64,000 bases of DNA from an uncultured delta proteobacterium (GTDB lineage: Bacteria; Myxococcota; Myxococcia; Myxococcales; Anaeromyxobacteraceae). Location: NCBI GenBank assembly GCA_963766715.1, contig CAVYBH010000009.1:1-64000 (forward strand). The letters run 5' to 3'. This document shows, one piece after another, positions 1-10,328 of the stretch. Each line of letters opens with the position of its first letter. Within the stretch, counting starts at the first letter, position 1. A program made the translations under genes and the position numbers. A model generated the notes under the pieces. That model did not search any database. It saw nothing but the letters and a program-made list of their open reading frames with translations, and was not told the DNA's origin.

Positions 1-51
1 GCCCGATATCATCTGGAGTGGGACGCGCTCCTTCCGTGCGATAGTGAGCCC

Positions 52-138
52 GGGGGCGTTGCGAAATCGGTAGACGCGGAGGACTCAAGAATCCCGTGCC
101 GCGAAAGCGGCATCCCGTTTCGAGTCCCGGCGGCCCCA
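52..138 (+). pseudogene. degenerate tRNA-Leu-like gene (CAA/CAG type), probable pseudo-tRNA
   Basis: D arm GCGAAATCGGTAGACGC, long variable arm GCCGC-GAAA-GCGGC, TTCGAGT T loop, ends GCCCC-A. The acceptor has a G-G mismatch, anticodon and T stems have 2 mismatches each, and the anticodon loop is 8 nt (CTCAAGAA). Confidence 0.7.
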
Positions 139-141
139 TGA

Positions 142-179
142 GAGAACGGCCCCAGCGTTCCGACGCCGGGGCCGTTCTC
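142..179. terminator. hairpin between tRNA-like gene and convergent SRPBCC gene
   Basis: GAGAACGGCCCC (142-153) pairs with GGGGCCGTTCTC (168-179). Confidence 0.6.
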
Positions 180-216
180 CTGCAGATGCAGGATCCCGTG
201 TCTGGGCCGCGTCCGA

Positions 217-654
217 CTAGGCAGTTTCCATGCGCGCCTTCAGGTTCTCCACGCACGCATCTGCCTCGTGTTCGTTGATCCGACGCACGAAGGGCGCGGC
301 GAGCCGAGTCAGCAGGCTCGCCGGCATCTCGTACTCGACCTCGTCGATGACGTCGGTCCCGGTGCCGTGCGGCGTGAAGGTCCAGCGAATCGTGCTCTTG
401 ATGCCGCCCTCGGACTTCCAGACGATGCGCCGGTCGCGCTCCACGTCGGCGAACTCGGTGTGCCCGTGGAACTTCACTCCAGCCATCTTGTAGGTGAAGT
501 CGTTGCCCTCGGTCGTGCCATCCGGCTTGGTCTTGACGTTTGAGACCTCCACCATGCTCGGCCAGATCTCGGGCAAGTTCTTCGCGTTCATCAGGTAGCT
601 GAAGATTTTGGCCGGTGGGGCCTCGATGAATGCCGTCCTCTTGATCTTCTCCAT
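217..654 (-). CDS. SRPBCC family (polyketide cyclase/START-like) protein
   Basis: 145 aa; IEAPPAKIFSYL...NLPEIWP N-terminus and C-terminal helix CVENLKARME; GGAGG RBS upstream. Confidence 0.85.
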   Translation of the reverse strand: MEKIKRTAFIEAPPAKIFSYLMNAKNLPEIWPSMVEVSNVKTKPDGTTEGNDFTYKMAGVKFHGHTEFADVERDRRIVWKSEGGIKSTIRWTFTPHGTGTDVIDEVEYEMPASLLTRLAAPFVRRINEHEADACVENLKARMETA

Positions 655-835
655 GGCGTCCTCCGTTCGAGACGAGAAGTACGCAGGCGCATGCTGATGG
701 AACCTCGCGTTCCGCCGTCATGGTGCTCGCGTCGGCCAGGTTCGGACCGTGGCTCGTTGGGTGCGCTACATGGAGGGAATCCCATGGAGGTGCCCCGGAT
801 CGATCGACTCACCGGCTCTCGGCGAGCCGACCTGC

Positions 836-1290
836 TCACTCACGCCAGGGATGGCATTCCAGGCAGAGCGGCGCACAACCCGGATCGACGTCCGGCGCTG
901 TCTGCTCGGTCGACGACCCCCGCGTTGAGTCGGTGGGACGGCCAGGTGTGCCTTCGCCTGCGAATGCCGATCGTGGCAGGTCACGCAGCGCACGCGACCC
1001 TCTGGCAGGTAAGCCCCCCGGCTGACCGCCACATTCTCGGGACGGAGATACCACGCGCCGCCGGGTCCCCGCCGCTCCCAGGCATCGCGGTAGACCACCT
1101 CGACGGGGTGGCACCGTTCCCACGGATGGCACGCGAGGCAAGCCTCCGATTTCAGGAGGTCGGACCCGAACTCGAGCAGACGGCAACTGCCTCGCTTCGG
1201 ACCGGGCCCGGGACCCGACCGTTGCAACACGGCGAGAACCAAAGCCGCAACCACCCCAACCGCTAACCCGCCATGTCGCCGTGCGCTCAT
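836..1290 (-). CDS. small tri-heme c-type cytochrome (frameshifted)
   Basis: Hydrophobic N-terminus; CLACH and CVTCH in ORF 766..1311, and PLCLECH at the end of ORF 836..1474; frame switch near 925. Confidence 0.7.
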
Positions 1291-1503
1291 GGGCGCCTCT
1301 AACCTCTTCATGCGGCCGGGGGACCCCTGTCAAAACAGCAAAGAGGAGTGCTCCGGACGGCCCGACGCTCTCGGGTGCGAACCGGAGGCCGGTCGAAACG
1401 GAGAATCCTCGGACAGTCGGTGGGTTGCCTCCAGCGAGGGACGTGAGCGGGTTGGCCCGACGGTGCGGCATCAACCGCGCCGGTCCGGTGGCATAATCCG
1501 GCG

Positions 1504-2012
1504 ATGCGTTCCCTCCAGTCCGTGACCCTCGGCCTCTCGGTCGCCCTCGTGCTCGGGGCCTGCGCGACGACGCCGTGGGCGGAGGTCAACGCCACGGCCA
1601 GTCCGACCGCGGATTTCCGGGCCTTCACGACCTTCGCGTTCGTCCCCGTCGACCGCCTGGACATGTCGGGGTCGCAGATGGCGGACCCGGTGACGCGGCA
1701 GAATCTCGAGGCGGCGATCGGGCGTGAGTTGCAGGCCAAGGGACTCTCGCCTGTCGCGGGCGACGCCAGGCCGAGCCTGCTCGTCTCCTACTTCGCGGAC
1801 GTGTACCAGGCGGCCGACAAGAATCGGCCCGGTCTCCGGGGCAGACGGGTGGGACGAACGGGCAGCGGCAGGGGGAGCTCATGGTCGAGCTCATCGCCTC
1901 CGCCGACCAGCAGGTCGTCTGGCGCGGGGAGGCATGGGTGCGCGACCCGAACGTGAAGATCGCCGAGCAGCTCGTCACCGATCTGTTCCGGAAGTACCCG
2001 CAGGCTCGCTGA
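1504..2012 (+). CDS. DUF4136-like lipoprotein (frameshifted)
   Basis: Lipobox LGAC; ADFRAFTTFAF; C-terminus GELMVELIASADQQVVWRGEAW...LFRKYPQAR* in another frame, stop at 2010-2012. Confidence 0.75.
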
Positions 2013-2033
2013 ACCGTCGCCAGGAGAAATGGA

Positions 2034-2058
2034 GAAGGCCCCGTGCAACGGGGCCTTC
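2034..2058 (+). terminator. intrinsic terminator-like hairpin
   Basis: GAAGGCCCCGT-GCA-ACGGGGCCTTC right after the DUF4136 stop. Confidence 0.6.
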
Positions 2059-2298
2059 GGGTCGGCGTCCCCCCGCGCCGATCGGGCTCCTCGTCGACTC
2101 CTGGCTGAACGCTAGCATCCCGTCGCGCCGGATCAAGTCCCGACCCTCCGATATTCACGGAACGTATGTGAGGGACGGTGCGTGACTGTGGGTGCGGCAC
2201 TCATCCCTGCATGCCACGACGTTCGCTCATGGCCTTCGGGCCGCCGTCGATGTCGGTCACTCTGGCTCCACGACCCCCGCGCCGTGGAGCCCGCCAGG

Positions 2299-2787
2299 AT
2301 GAAGACGCACTCGAATCGACGCGCCTGGCCCTGGATCGGCCCGCTCCTGTTCGCACTGGGAGCCGGGGGCGTGGGTCGAGCAGACGAGCAGCATCTCCGC
2401 GACACCTCGACACCCGCAGCGACGTGCCTGGCCTGCCACCCGTTCCACGAAGGGCACCCCGTGGAGCTCGACTACGCCCAGGCCGTCTACAGTCGACGGC
2501 ACGACCTGCGTGACCCGGGCGACGCCGTGCGACGGGGCATCTTCCTTCCTGGCGGGCGAGTCGTTTGCCACACCTGCCACGACGCCAACTCGCCCTGGAA
2601 GAGCAAGATCGCCATTCCTGCGGGCTCGAAGGTGTCCAACATGGTCATCCCCGGAGATCCGAGGACCTACGATCCCGATCGCCCGGCGACTCGGGTCATG
2701 ACCGTCGAGGAGGCTCGCGTCCTCCTGCCGGCCGGGTACGCGCTCAGCCCGAAGCCGCTCTGCCTGGCGTGCCACGCCCTCGACTAG
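2299..2787 (+). CDS. secreted tri-heme c-type cytochrome
   Basis: Signal peptide MKTHSNRRAWPWIGPLLFALGAG; CLACH, CHTCH and CLACH heme motifs; paralog of 836..1290. Confidence 0.8.
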   Translation: MKTHSNRRAWPWIGPLLFALGAGGVGRADEQHLRDTSTPAATCLACHPFHEGHPVELDYAQAVYSRRHDLRDPGDAVRRGIFLPGGRVVCHTCHDANSPWKSKIAIPAGSKVSNMVIPGDPRTYDPDRPATRVMTVEEARVLLPAGYALSPKPLCLACHALD

Positions 2788-2814
2788 AGGGCGCGCAGGC
2801 TCGGGGGCCAGGGT

Positions 2815-2843
2815 TTGACAACTTCCCGCGCCTCCCTTACGAA
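2815..2843 (+). promoter_or_regulatory. sigma70-type promoter for YfhO-like gene
   Basis: TTGACA-17 nt-TACGAA. Confidence 0.45.
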
Positions 2844-2854
2844 CGCGGCCTGCC

Positions 2855-5165
2855 GTGGCCGAGAATTCCCGCCTGACTTCGCGTGCGAGGACCGCGCTCT
2901 GGATCGCCGGCGTGGCGCTGGTGGCATCGGCACCGCTCGTCGCGATCCTCGCCTCGGGCCGCACGCTCGTCTGGCGCGACTCGGGAAGATTGTTCGCGCC
3001 GCTCCGCGTGCTGGTGGTCGAGGCCCTCCGCGACGGGCGCCTTCCCGCCTGGAACCCCTTCGAGGGGCTGGGGATGCCGCTCTTCGCGCAGGCGATGCAC
3101 TCCGTCCTTCACCCCGTCTCGGTCGCTGCGGCCTTCCTCGCGCCAGGCGCGGGTCTCGACCCGATCATCGTCGCCCACGTGATCCTGGCCGCCACGGGCG
3201 CGTTCGTCCTGGCTCGCGAGGTGGGCGCGTCGGCTGCGGGGGCAGCAGTGTCCGGGCTCGCCTTCGGGCTCTCGGGCTACGTGCTCTCGATGAGCTCGAT
3301 CGTGCAGTACCTGGCCGCCGCGGGCACCGCGCCCTGGACGGTGGCGGCGCTCCTGGCGGCGGGCAAGGGTCGCCGATTCGGCCTGCCTGCCGCGGCAGTG
3401 GTCGTCGCGATCCAGGCGTTCGCTGGCGATCCCCAGTGGCTGCTCCTCTCGGCCGCGCTGGGGCTGGGGCTCGCGTGGGCCGCTGGCGGGGCCGGCGGCG
3501 CCGGGCGGGCCGTGGTCGGAATCGTCACTGGCGCGGCTCTCGGTGCCGTCCAGCTGGTGCCGTCCTGGGAGTACTTCCGGGAGACCACGCGCGCCGTGAT
3601 GCTCGACGACATCGACCGGGTCCAGTGGGCGCTCTCGCCGCTCCGGCTCGCCGAGCTGGTCGTGCCGGGACTCTTCTTCGGACGCCCGGGCGAGGGATCC
3701 GCACCGGTGTTCACCTGGCTCGGCGGCCCGAGCACCTACCTGATGCCCTTCGTGCCGAGCGTCTTCGTCGGCGGGGCGACCGTCTGGCTGGCTCTCGCGG
3801 GAGCGCGCGCGTCCCGGGCGACGCGCTTCCTCGCCGTGGCCACGGTGGTCCTCCTCTGGATCGCGCTCGGCACCTGGCTCGGAGCCACCCAGGTCCTCCG
3901 GGGAATCCCGGTGTGGGGGGCCTTTCGCTACGCCGAGAAGATGGTGGGGCCGCTCACGCTCTGCCTGGCCGTGCTCGCCGGGGTCGGGGCCGATCGGATC
4001 GAGCCCGGCAGGCGCCCGCACTCCTGGCCGGTGCCGTGGCAGCCGCGGCCGGGGTTCTCGCCCTCGTGGCCGCCTTCTGGCCTGGCGTCTCGAGGCGCTT
4101 CAGGCTGCCGGCGCCTCCCCTACGGTCGCGATCGAGGCCCGGCATCGACTGATCGTCGGCCTGGCCCAGGCGGCGGCCGGGCATGGCCATTCTCGCCGCC
4201 GCCTTCCGGGTGGCATCCGGGAGCCGTCGGACGTGGTTCCCTGCATTGGCCGCCGCGACCGTGGCCGTGTCCGCACTGGGTGCCGCGCCGTTCGCGCTCT
4301 ACGCCGGCGATCGGGTCGACCGCGACGACAGCCTGCTCGGTCCGGTGAGAGCCTCCGATCCGTTCGCCCGCATCTCGTGCCCTTCGGCCTGAAGACGCGG
4401 GCCCGCCTCCCTCGATCACTGGGCCCGCCTGGAATGGATGGAATCGCGGATGGGCCTCCCTCGCATTCCGTCCTGGCCCGGGTGGGGAATCTCGACGCCT
4501 ACTCCGGCGTGCTCCCGACCCGGTACATGCTGGTCGCAGGCGCCTTCGCCGAACGATTCGGTCCCGCCCGGTTGCAGGCCTTTCGCCGCCTGGGGCTCAC
4601 CCACGTCGTCATCGGCGACCCGGGCAGCGAGCAGGAGGCCGACCTGGCGCGCACGGCCGTGGAGGGAGCGAGGCTCCTTCGGCAGGACCGCGAATGGGGC
4701 GCCTCGGTCTGGGAGGTGCCGCACCGGCCCTGGGCCTCCTTCGCGCCCGGCGCGATCTCCGCCGCCGACCAGGCGGAAGCCATCCGGGCACTCCTCGATC
4801 TCGTCGCGGAAGGTCGCCTGGACGTGGTCGTGGAAGGGCCGCATCCCTCCGGCTTCTCGCCCGGGCGCGTCCTCCGTGCCTCCCGCGAGGCCGAGCGGGT
4901 CCAGGTGGAGGCCGAGTCGTCCGGCCCGGGACTCCTGGTGATGAACGACGCCTGGGCGCCCGGCTGGAAGGCGACCATCGACGGCGCACCCGTGCCGATT
5001 CTTCCGGCGGACGTCGTGGCCCGCGCGGTCGCATGGCCTGCCGGCCGGCACACGCTGGAGATGCGGTACGAGATGCCCGGCTTGCGGGCCGGGCTGTGGA
5101 TCAGCGCGCTCGGCGCCCTTGCCCTGGCCGGGCTGCTGGTCGCCTCGGTCGCGCGAAAGCCGTGA
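2855..5165 (+). CDS. YfhO-like polytopic membrane protein (GT-C glycosyltransferase), frameshifted
   Basis: LPAWNPFEGLGMPLFA motif, many TM segments, C-terminal LLVMNDAWAPGWKATIDG...GRHTLEMRY plus TM; shifts near 4020 and 4390. Confidence 0.8.
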
Positions 5166-5822
5166 GGGTTCGAGCCCGGCCCACCCCCGAGGACGGCCCG
5201 AACCTCGTCCGCGAGGCCCAGGGGTCGTCGAGCGCCACGCCCGCCTGGAGCCCGATCCACTGTGGGTACTTCACCCGCCACGCGCCGACGCCGTCCACGT
5301 CGAAGGAGCCCGTGGTGAACACGTAGCGCGCGAGCACGTTCAGTGCGATGCCCCTCGTGACCGTGAAGAGGACACCGAACTGCGGGGACGCGCAGAACCC
5401 GAAGCCGGTCTGGGCCGGACCCGACTCCCATGTCGAGCGCCGGTACATGGCTCCGGCGCCGAGACCCACGTATGGCTGAACCTCGGACCGACCCAGGTAG
5501 TAGTGGAGGGTCGCCATCCCCGTGAGGGGGATGAAGGTCGCGTGTTGCCCGCTCGGATAGGTGTCCTGGAAGTTGTTCCAGGTGAAGTCGAAGCCGACCG
5601 AGAGTCGGTCCGCGATCCGGTGCGAACTCCCAACCCGATCCCTGCGGGACTGTTCGCCTGGATGAGCTGGGAGCGCAGGGAGAAGACCGGAATGGCGTAC
5701 TCCCACTCTGCCGTGATCATCGTGCGCTGGGTCGCGTAGGGGCTGTAGAGATAGCCTTCGGCCCGAGCCGCCGCGGCAGGCAGCAGCGCGGCGAGTAGCG
5801 CCAATCTCGAGATCCTGTTCAT
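5101..5822 (-). CDS. outer membrane beta-barrel protein (OmpW/OmpA-TM-like), frameshifted; 3' end uncertain
   Basis: Signal peptide MNRISRLALLAALLPAAAARA; beta-strands such as VQPYVGLGAGAMY and IGLQAGVAL; shift near 5620. Confidence 0.7.
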
Positions 5823-5862
5823 CGGCAGCCCCGACGAACGATTACCACAGTCCGCGACCTCT

Positions 5863-7035
5863 TCACTTCACCTTCACGCACTCGTCCGGCGCCGGCTTCC
5901 CCGCGAACCAATCGGCCATCCACGCCACCGCCGGCTTGGCGGTGTTGAACGCCACCCGGATGTGCGCCTCGTCCGGCACGAGCAGGTACTTCACCACGGT
6001 CCCCTGCCCGCACATCGTCCCGGCGGCCAGCGCCGTGACCTGCGCATGCACGACCTCGTCGCTCGTGCCCTGCGAGATGAAGACCGGCGCGGCGATGGGC
6101 GTGGCGCCCGTGGAGTTCTCCTTGATGATGCCGGCCCAGGGCTCGGTCGCCGAGAGCTTCGTGGTCAGGAATCCGTCCCGCAGCGGGAGCGAGTCGGAGA
6201 AGGCGGTGAGCCCCTCCGCGGTGTTCCGGACGCAGTCGGCCGCCACCTTCTCCACCGTCGTCACCGCGCTCGGGTAGAGCACCGCCGCCATCGGCGTGTC
6301 GTAGATCCTCGACCAGGACCAGAGCGCCTCCGCGGCCAGCACCTTGCCGAGCTTGGTGTCGAGGTCGAGCTCGAGGAGCGCCCCGAGCTCGGTGGCCGGC
6401 GCCGCCGCGGCCACGCCGAGGAGCTTCAGCTCCGGCGCCAGCGACGCGGAGAGCTGGCCGGTGAAGAGCGCGGCGTGCCCGCCCTGCGAGTGGCCCCAGA
6501 CCACGTAGCGGTCCCCTGCCCCGGCCTCCTTCACGTTGCGCGCGGCGCGCACCGAGTCGACCACCGCCCGCGCCTCGCTGGCGCCGACGAGGTAGGGGTG
6601 CACGCCCGGGGTCCCGAGGCCGGGGTAGTCGGTGGCCACCACGACCATGCCCGCCTTCACCATCTCGTCGATCCCGGCGATGGTCTTCCGCCAGTCCGCC
6701 TGGAGGGAGGGCGCGCAGTTCCGGGCCACGCCGGTGGTGGGGTGCGCCCAGGCGACCACGTCGCGCCCCGCAGCCGGAGCCGGGCCGTCCGGGACGACGA
6801 GCATCGCCGACACCGCCACCGGCTCGCCCTTCATCCCGGTGGAGCGGTAGAGGATTCGCCACGACCGGGCGCCGTCCGGGCCGTCGTCCACCGCCTCGGC
6901 GCGCAGGATCTCGCCGCTCTTTCCGGCGGGGACCGGCTGCGCGGGCTCGTAGAAGGCGTCGGGCTTGCGGGCCTTGCCGGCGCAGCCCAGCGTGACCACC
7001 ACCGCGAGCGCCGCCAACCCCGTCCGGAAGTTCAT
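5863..7035 (-). CDS. secretory lipase family alpha/beta hydrolase lipoprotein
   Basis: Lipobox TLGC; AWAHPTTG, ATDYPGLG, nucleophile GHSQGG, QGTSDEVV, late His. Confidence 0.85.
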   Translation of the reverse strand: MNFRTGLAALAVVVTLGCAGKARKPDAFYEPAQPVPAGKSGEILRAEAVDDGPDGARSWRILYRSTGMKGEPVAVSAMLVVPDGPAPAAGRDVVAWAHPTTGVARNCAPSLQADWRKTIAGIDEMVKAGMVVVATDYPGLGTPGVHPYLVGASEARAVVDSVRAARNVKEAGAGDRYVVWGHSQGGHAALFTGQLSASLAPELKLLGVAAAAPATELGALLELDLDTKLGKVLAAEALWSWSRIYDTPMAAVLYPSAVTTVEKVAADCVRNTAEGLTAFSDSLPLRDGFLTTKLSATEPWAGIIKENSTGATPIAAPVFISQGTSDEVVHAQVTALAAGTMCGQGTVVKYLLVPDEAHIRVAFNTAKPAVAWMADWFAGKPAPDECVKVK

Positions 7036-7049
7036 CCGGCCATTCAATC

Positions 7050-7505
7050 TCAGTTCAGGAACGGCGGGGGCTCGATCTCGACCCCCTCGATGGGCTGGCG
7101 CGACGCGAAACCCCCCTCGACGGGGTGCCAGTGTGCGACAGCCGGCTCCCCGAACTGCCAGCAGAGGAAGACCGGCTCCCCCTCCCGGACGCCGTAGAAG
7201 TCGACCAGGCCGGAGTCGAGGTCCTTCACCAGGCACCCCATCTCGTTCACCTGCTCGACGATGGTGTTGATCTCCTGGACGAGCGCCTGGAGCCGGTAGG
7301 CCTGCCGTTCCAGGCCCCGCGCCGGCGTCCCGCCGTTCAGGACCTCCAGGGCCGACTCCCCTCCCCCCAGCGCCTCGACGAGCACGCTCGCCTCCCCCCG
7401 CAGCCGCCCCAGCCGGCCGAAGGCCAGCTCCAGGTCGGGGACGAGGTCGTTGGCCTCCTCCACGGTGAACATCCGGGGGCCGTCGGAGGGCGGTCGCGGA
7501 GCCAT
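7050..7505 (-). CDS. DUF2203 family protein
   Basis: MFTVEEANDLVP...GCLVKDLDSGLVDFY...LCWQFGEPAVAHWH...GFASRQPI. Confidence 0.85.
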   Translation of the reverse strand: MAPRPPSDGPRMFTVEEANDLVPDLELAFGRLGRLRGEASVLVEALGGGESALEVLNGGTPARGLERQAYRLQALVQEINTIVEQVNEMGCLVKDLDSGLVDFYGVREGEPVFLCWQFGEPAVAHWHPVEGGFASRQPIEGVEIEPPPFLN

Positions 7506-7547
7506 GGCCGTGTTATAAGCCACCCCTTCGAAAGGGCACCCGGGAAG

Positions 7548-9194
7548 ATGCTGGAAACCGTCGCCAAAGGCTTCAAGGCCGCGAAGAACAAGCTGAAGGG
7601 GCGCACCGAGATCACCTCCGAGGTGGTCGACGACGCGCTCCGGGACATCCGCGTCGCGCTGCTCGAGGCGGACGTCTCCTTCGACGTGGTGAAGCGTTTC
7701 GTCGCCCGCGTCCGCGAGAAGGCGGTCGGCGAGGTGGTCGAGACCAAGGTCAAGACCGGCAAGGGGACCGTCCGGGTCACGCCGCAGGACCACTTCGTCA
7801 AGATCTGCCACGACGAGCTCGAGGCCCTGATGGGCCCGGTCGACACCTCCCTCGCCGTCGGGGCCCGCAAGCCCACCGGCGTGATGATGGTGGGGCTCCA
7901 GGGCTCCGGCAAGACCACCACCGCCGCCAAGCTCGCGAACCGCTACCTGAAGGACGGGAAGTCCATCCTGATGGTGGCGGCCGACGTGCAGCGCCCCGCC
8001 GCCGTGGAGCAGCTGAAGCAGCTCGGCGAGCGGCTGGGCGTTCCCGTCTTCCACGAGCCGGGCGTGGCGCCCCCCGAGCTGTGCCGGCGCGCCCACGAGC
8101 TCGCGGCGAAGAACAAGACCGACGTCGTCATCTACGACACCGCCGGCCGCCTGGCCGTCGACGACGCGCTCATGACCGAGCTGGAGCAGGTCAAGGCGGC
8201 GGTGAAGCCGGAGAACACGCTGCTCGTCTGCGACGCCATGATCGGCCAGGACGCGGTCCGCACCGCGGCCGAGTTCGACCGGCGCATCGGCATCGACGGC
8301 TTCGTGCTCACCAAGCTCGACGGCGACGCCCGCGGCGGCGCGGCGCTCTCCATCAAGGAAGTCACCGGCAAGCCCATCAAGTTCCTGGGCATGGGCGAGC
8401 AGCTCGACAAGCTCGAGGAGTTCCGCCCCGAGGGGCTGGCCAGCCGCATCCTGGGGTTCGGCGACGTCGTCGGCCTCATGAAGGACTTCGAGGCCCACGT
8501 CGACGAGGAGGAGGCGGAGGCAGACGCGAAGAAGCTCCTCTCCGGCGACTTCACCCTCGACGACTTCGTGAAGCAGATCCGGACCATCCGGAAGATGGGC
8601 CCCATCGGCGAGCTGATGGAGAAGTTCCCCATCTTCGGCGAGATGCCGGAGGGCTTCCAGTTCGACGAGGCCGCCCTGGGCCGCATCGTGGCCATGGTCG
8701 ACTCGATGACCCCGGGCGAGCGGACGCGCCCCGACTCGCTCAACGAGTCGCGCATCCGCCGCGTGGCCAAGGGGTCGGGCCGCAAGGAGAAGGACGTCAA
8801 GGATCTGCTGAAGCAGTTCCACGGCATGCGCGGCGTGATGCGCGCGGTGGGCTCCGCCCCCGGGCTGCTCTCGCGGCTGCCGGGCATGAAGCAGCTCGCC
8901 AACCTGCGCAAGTCGAAGGGCCAGGGCATGGAGGACGTGCTCGGCGACGACGCCGAGGCCGTGCAGGCCATGATGGAAGGGCGGCCGCCCGATCCGTCGG
9001 CGATGGCCGCGCAGATGGCCGGCCTCCCCAAGGGGATGCAGCCGCGGCTGCCGGCCGGGGCGCTCGCCCGGGCCCGGCTCATGGGCTACGCGCCCGAGCC
9101 CATCTCCACCGAGAGCGCCGCCGATCGCGAGGCCCGCAACAAGAAGCGCAAGCGGGAGCGGCAGGCGCGGAAGAAGGCGCGGAAGAGGAAGTAG
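7548..9194 (+). CDS. ffh: signal recognition particle protein Ffh
   Basis: ALLEADV, GLQGSGKTT, DTAGR, TKLDGDARGGAALS, M domain SMTPGER. Confidence 0.97.
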   Translation: MLETVAKGFKAAKNKLKGRTEITSEVVDDALRDIRVALLEADVSFDVVKRFVARVREKAVGEVVETKVKTGKGTVRVTPQDHFVKICHDELEALMGPVDTSLAVGARKPTGVMMVGLQGSGKTTTAAKLANRYLKDGKSILMVAADVQRPAAVEQLKQLGERLGVPVFHEPGVAPPELCRRAHELAAKNKTDVVIYDTAGRLAVDDALMTELEQVKAAVKPENTLLVCDAMIGQDAVRTAAEFDRRIGIDGFVLTKLDGDARGGAALSIKEVTGKPIKFLGMGEQLDKLEEFRPEGLASRILGFGDVVGLMKDFEAHVDEEEAEADAKKLLSGDFTLDDFVKQIRTIRKMGPIGELMEKFPIFGEMPEGFQFDEAALGRIVAMVDSMTPGERTRPDSLNESRIRRVAKGSGRKEKDVKDLLKQFHGMRGVMRAVGSAPGLLSRLPGMKQLANLRKSKGQGMEDVLGDDAEAVQAMMEGRPPDPSAMAAQMAGLPKGMQPRLPAGALARARLMGYAPEPISTESAADREARNKKRKRERQARKKARKRK

Positions 9195-9199
9195 GGGCT

Positions 9200-10313
9200 C
9201 TAGCCGCCCTTCTTCTTCCTCTTCTTCGGCACCACCAGCCCCCGCGAGAGCCGCCGCAACGCCGTCAGGTACTGCCGCTTCTTGTACCGGCCGTGGCTCG
9301 CCGCGCCCCTCCTCGTTGGCCCGGGCCGTCTCCCAGTCCATCACCTGGAACTCGACCATCGCGAAGACCACCCGCCCCAGGTCCTCGCCGTCCTTGGGCG
9401 CGCCCGGCGGCAGGATGTCGTCGATGCGCACCGGCAGGTCGACGACGAAGTGGAGCGCCCGGTACGAGTCCTCGCTGAAGGGGTTCTGGTGCTTCCGCTT
9501 GCGGGCCTCGAGCTCCAGCGGCTCCTGGAGGTGGGCGGCGATCTCCGCCGAGCGGGGGTGCTCTCCCACCAGGCGCCGGAACGGGATGAGCGTGTTCTCC
9601 GACTGCCCGGGCACCACGTAGTTGAACGGGAAGAGCACGTCGAAGAGGTGGCGCAGGACGGGCGCCACGTCTCCCGGCGCGCGCGTCACCACCCGGTAGC
9701 GGACCCGGTCGAAGACCTGCGCGGCCACGCTCTCCCGCTTCACGAGCAGCTTCGTCACGAGCGACGACCGCGACTTCCGGTTCCCCTGGAACTCGACGAT
9801 GGGGACCCCCTCGTCGAGCATCTGCCGGGCCACCGCCATCACCCGCCGGTCCACCCGGTCGACGAGGTCCGACTCCCGGAGCGGCGTCCGGAAGAGCAGC
9901 TCGCGCGCCTCCAGGTGGTGGATGACGTGCATGCACTTCAGCACCACGCAGGCGATCCGCCGGTACCGGGCCGGCTCGGCGGCGCCGCTCGCCAGCAGGA
10001 AGAGCTGCCGGAGGTCGTCGGGCTGGGCCACCGGCGCGGCCACGCGGTACCCGAAGGCGGAGCGGAGGTACTCGACCGCCTGGGCCAGGATGGTGCGCAG
10101 GCGCGCCTCGTCGCGCGCGTCGGCGAGGTCGAACAGCTCGAGGCGGAGGAACCGGTCCACCTCGTCGGGCCCCCGGAAGTGCAGCCGGCGCCAGTCGATC
10201 ACCGAGTCGCCGCGCAGGATGAGGCGCAGCACCTCCAGGTCGCCGGCGTCGAGCTCGGCGAGCGGCCGGAACGCCGCGGGCGGATGGGCGGCGCGGCGGG
10301 CCGGTGGGTTCAC
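9200..10313 (-). CDS. TIGR04552-like myxobacterial protein (frameshift near C-terminus)
   Basis: LRLILRGDSVIDWRRLHF, KLLVKRESVAAQVFDR, VVFAMVEFQV; final frame SHGRYKKRQ...LSRGLVVPKKRKKKGG*. Confidence 0.75.
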
Positions 10314-10328
10314 GGAGAGGAGACCCGG

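Noticed and set aside
52..138. tRNA-Sec (selC) candidate, given the Sec-SelD in the window
   Set aside because: The D arm is Leu-type, there is no CTTCAAA loop and no 8-bp acceptor stem.
1340..1432. c-di-GMP-I/GEMM riboswitch, suggested by the GGGTTGCC ending
   Set aside because: Lacks the GGCAAAC...GAAA...GACGCAAAGC core.
2196..2212. sigma54 promoter CGGCACTCATCCCTGCA upstream of the cytochrome gene
   Set aside because: GG-to-GC spacing is one base too long; plausible only if the CCC run is a sequencing error.
7050..10313. 1087-aa ORF fusing TIGR04552-like and DUF2203 proteins
   Set aside because: The middle part is the antisense of ffh; the join arises from a frameshift near 9305.
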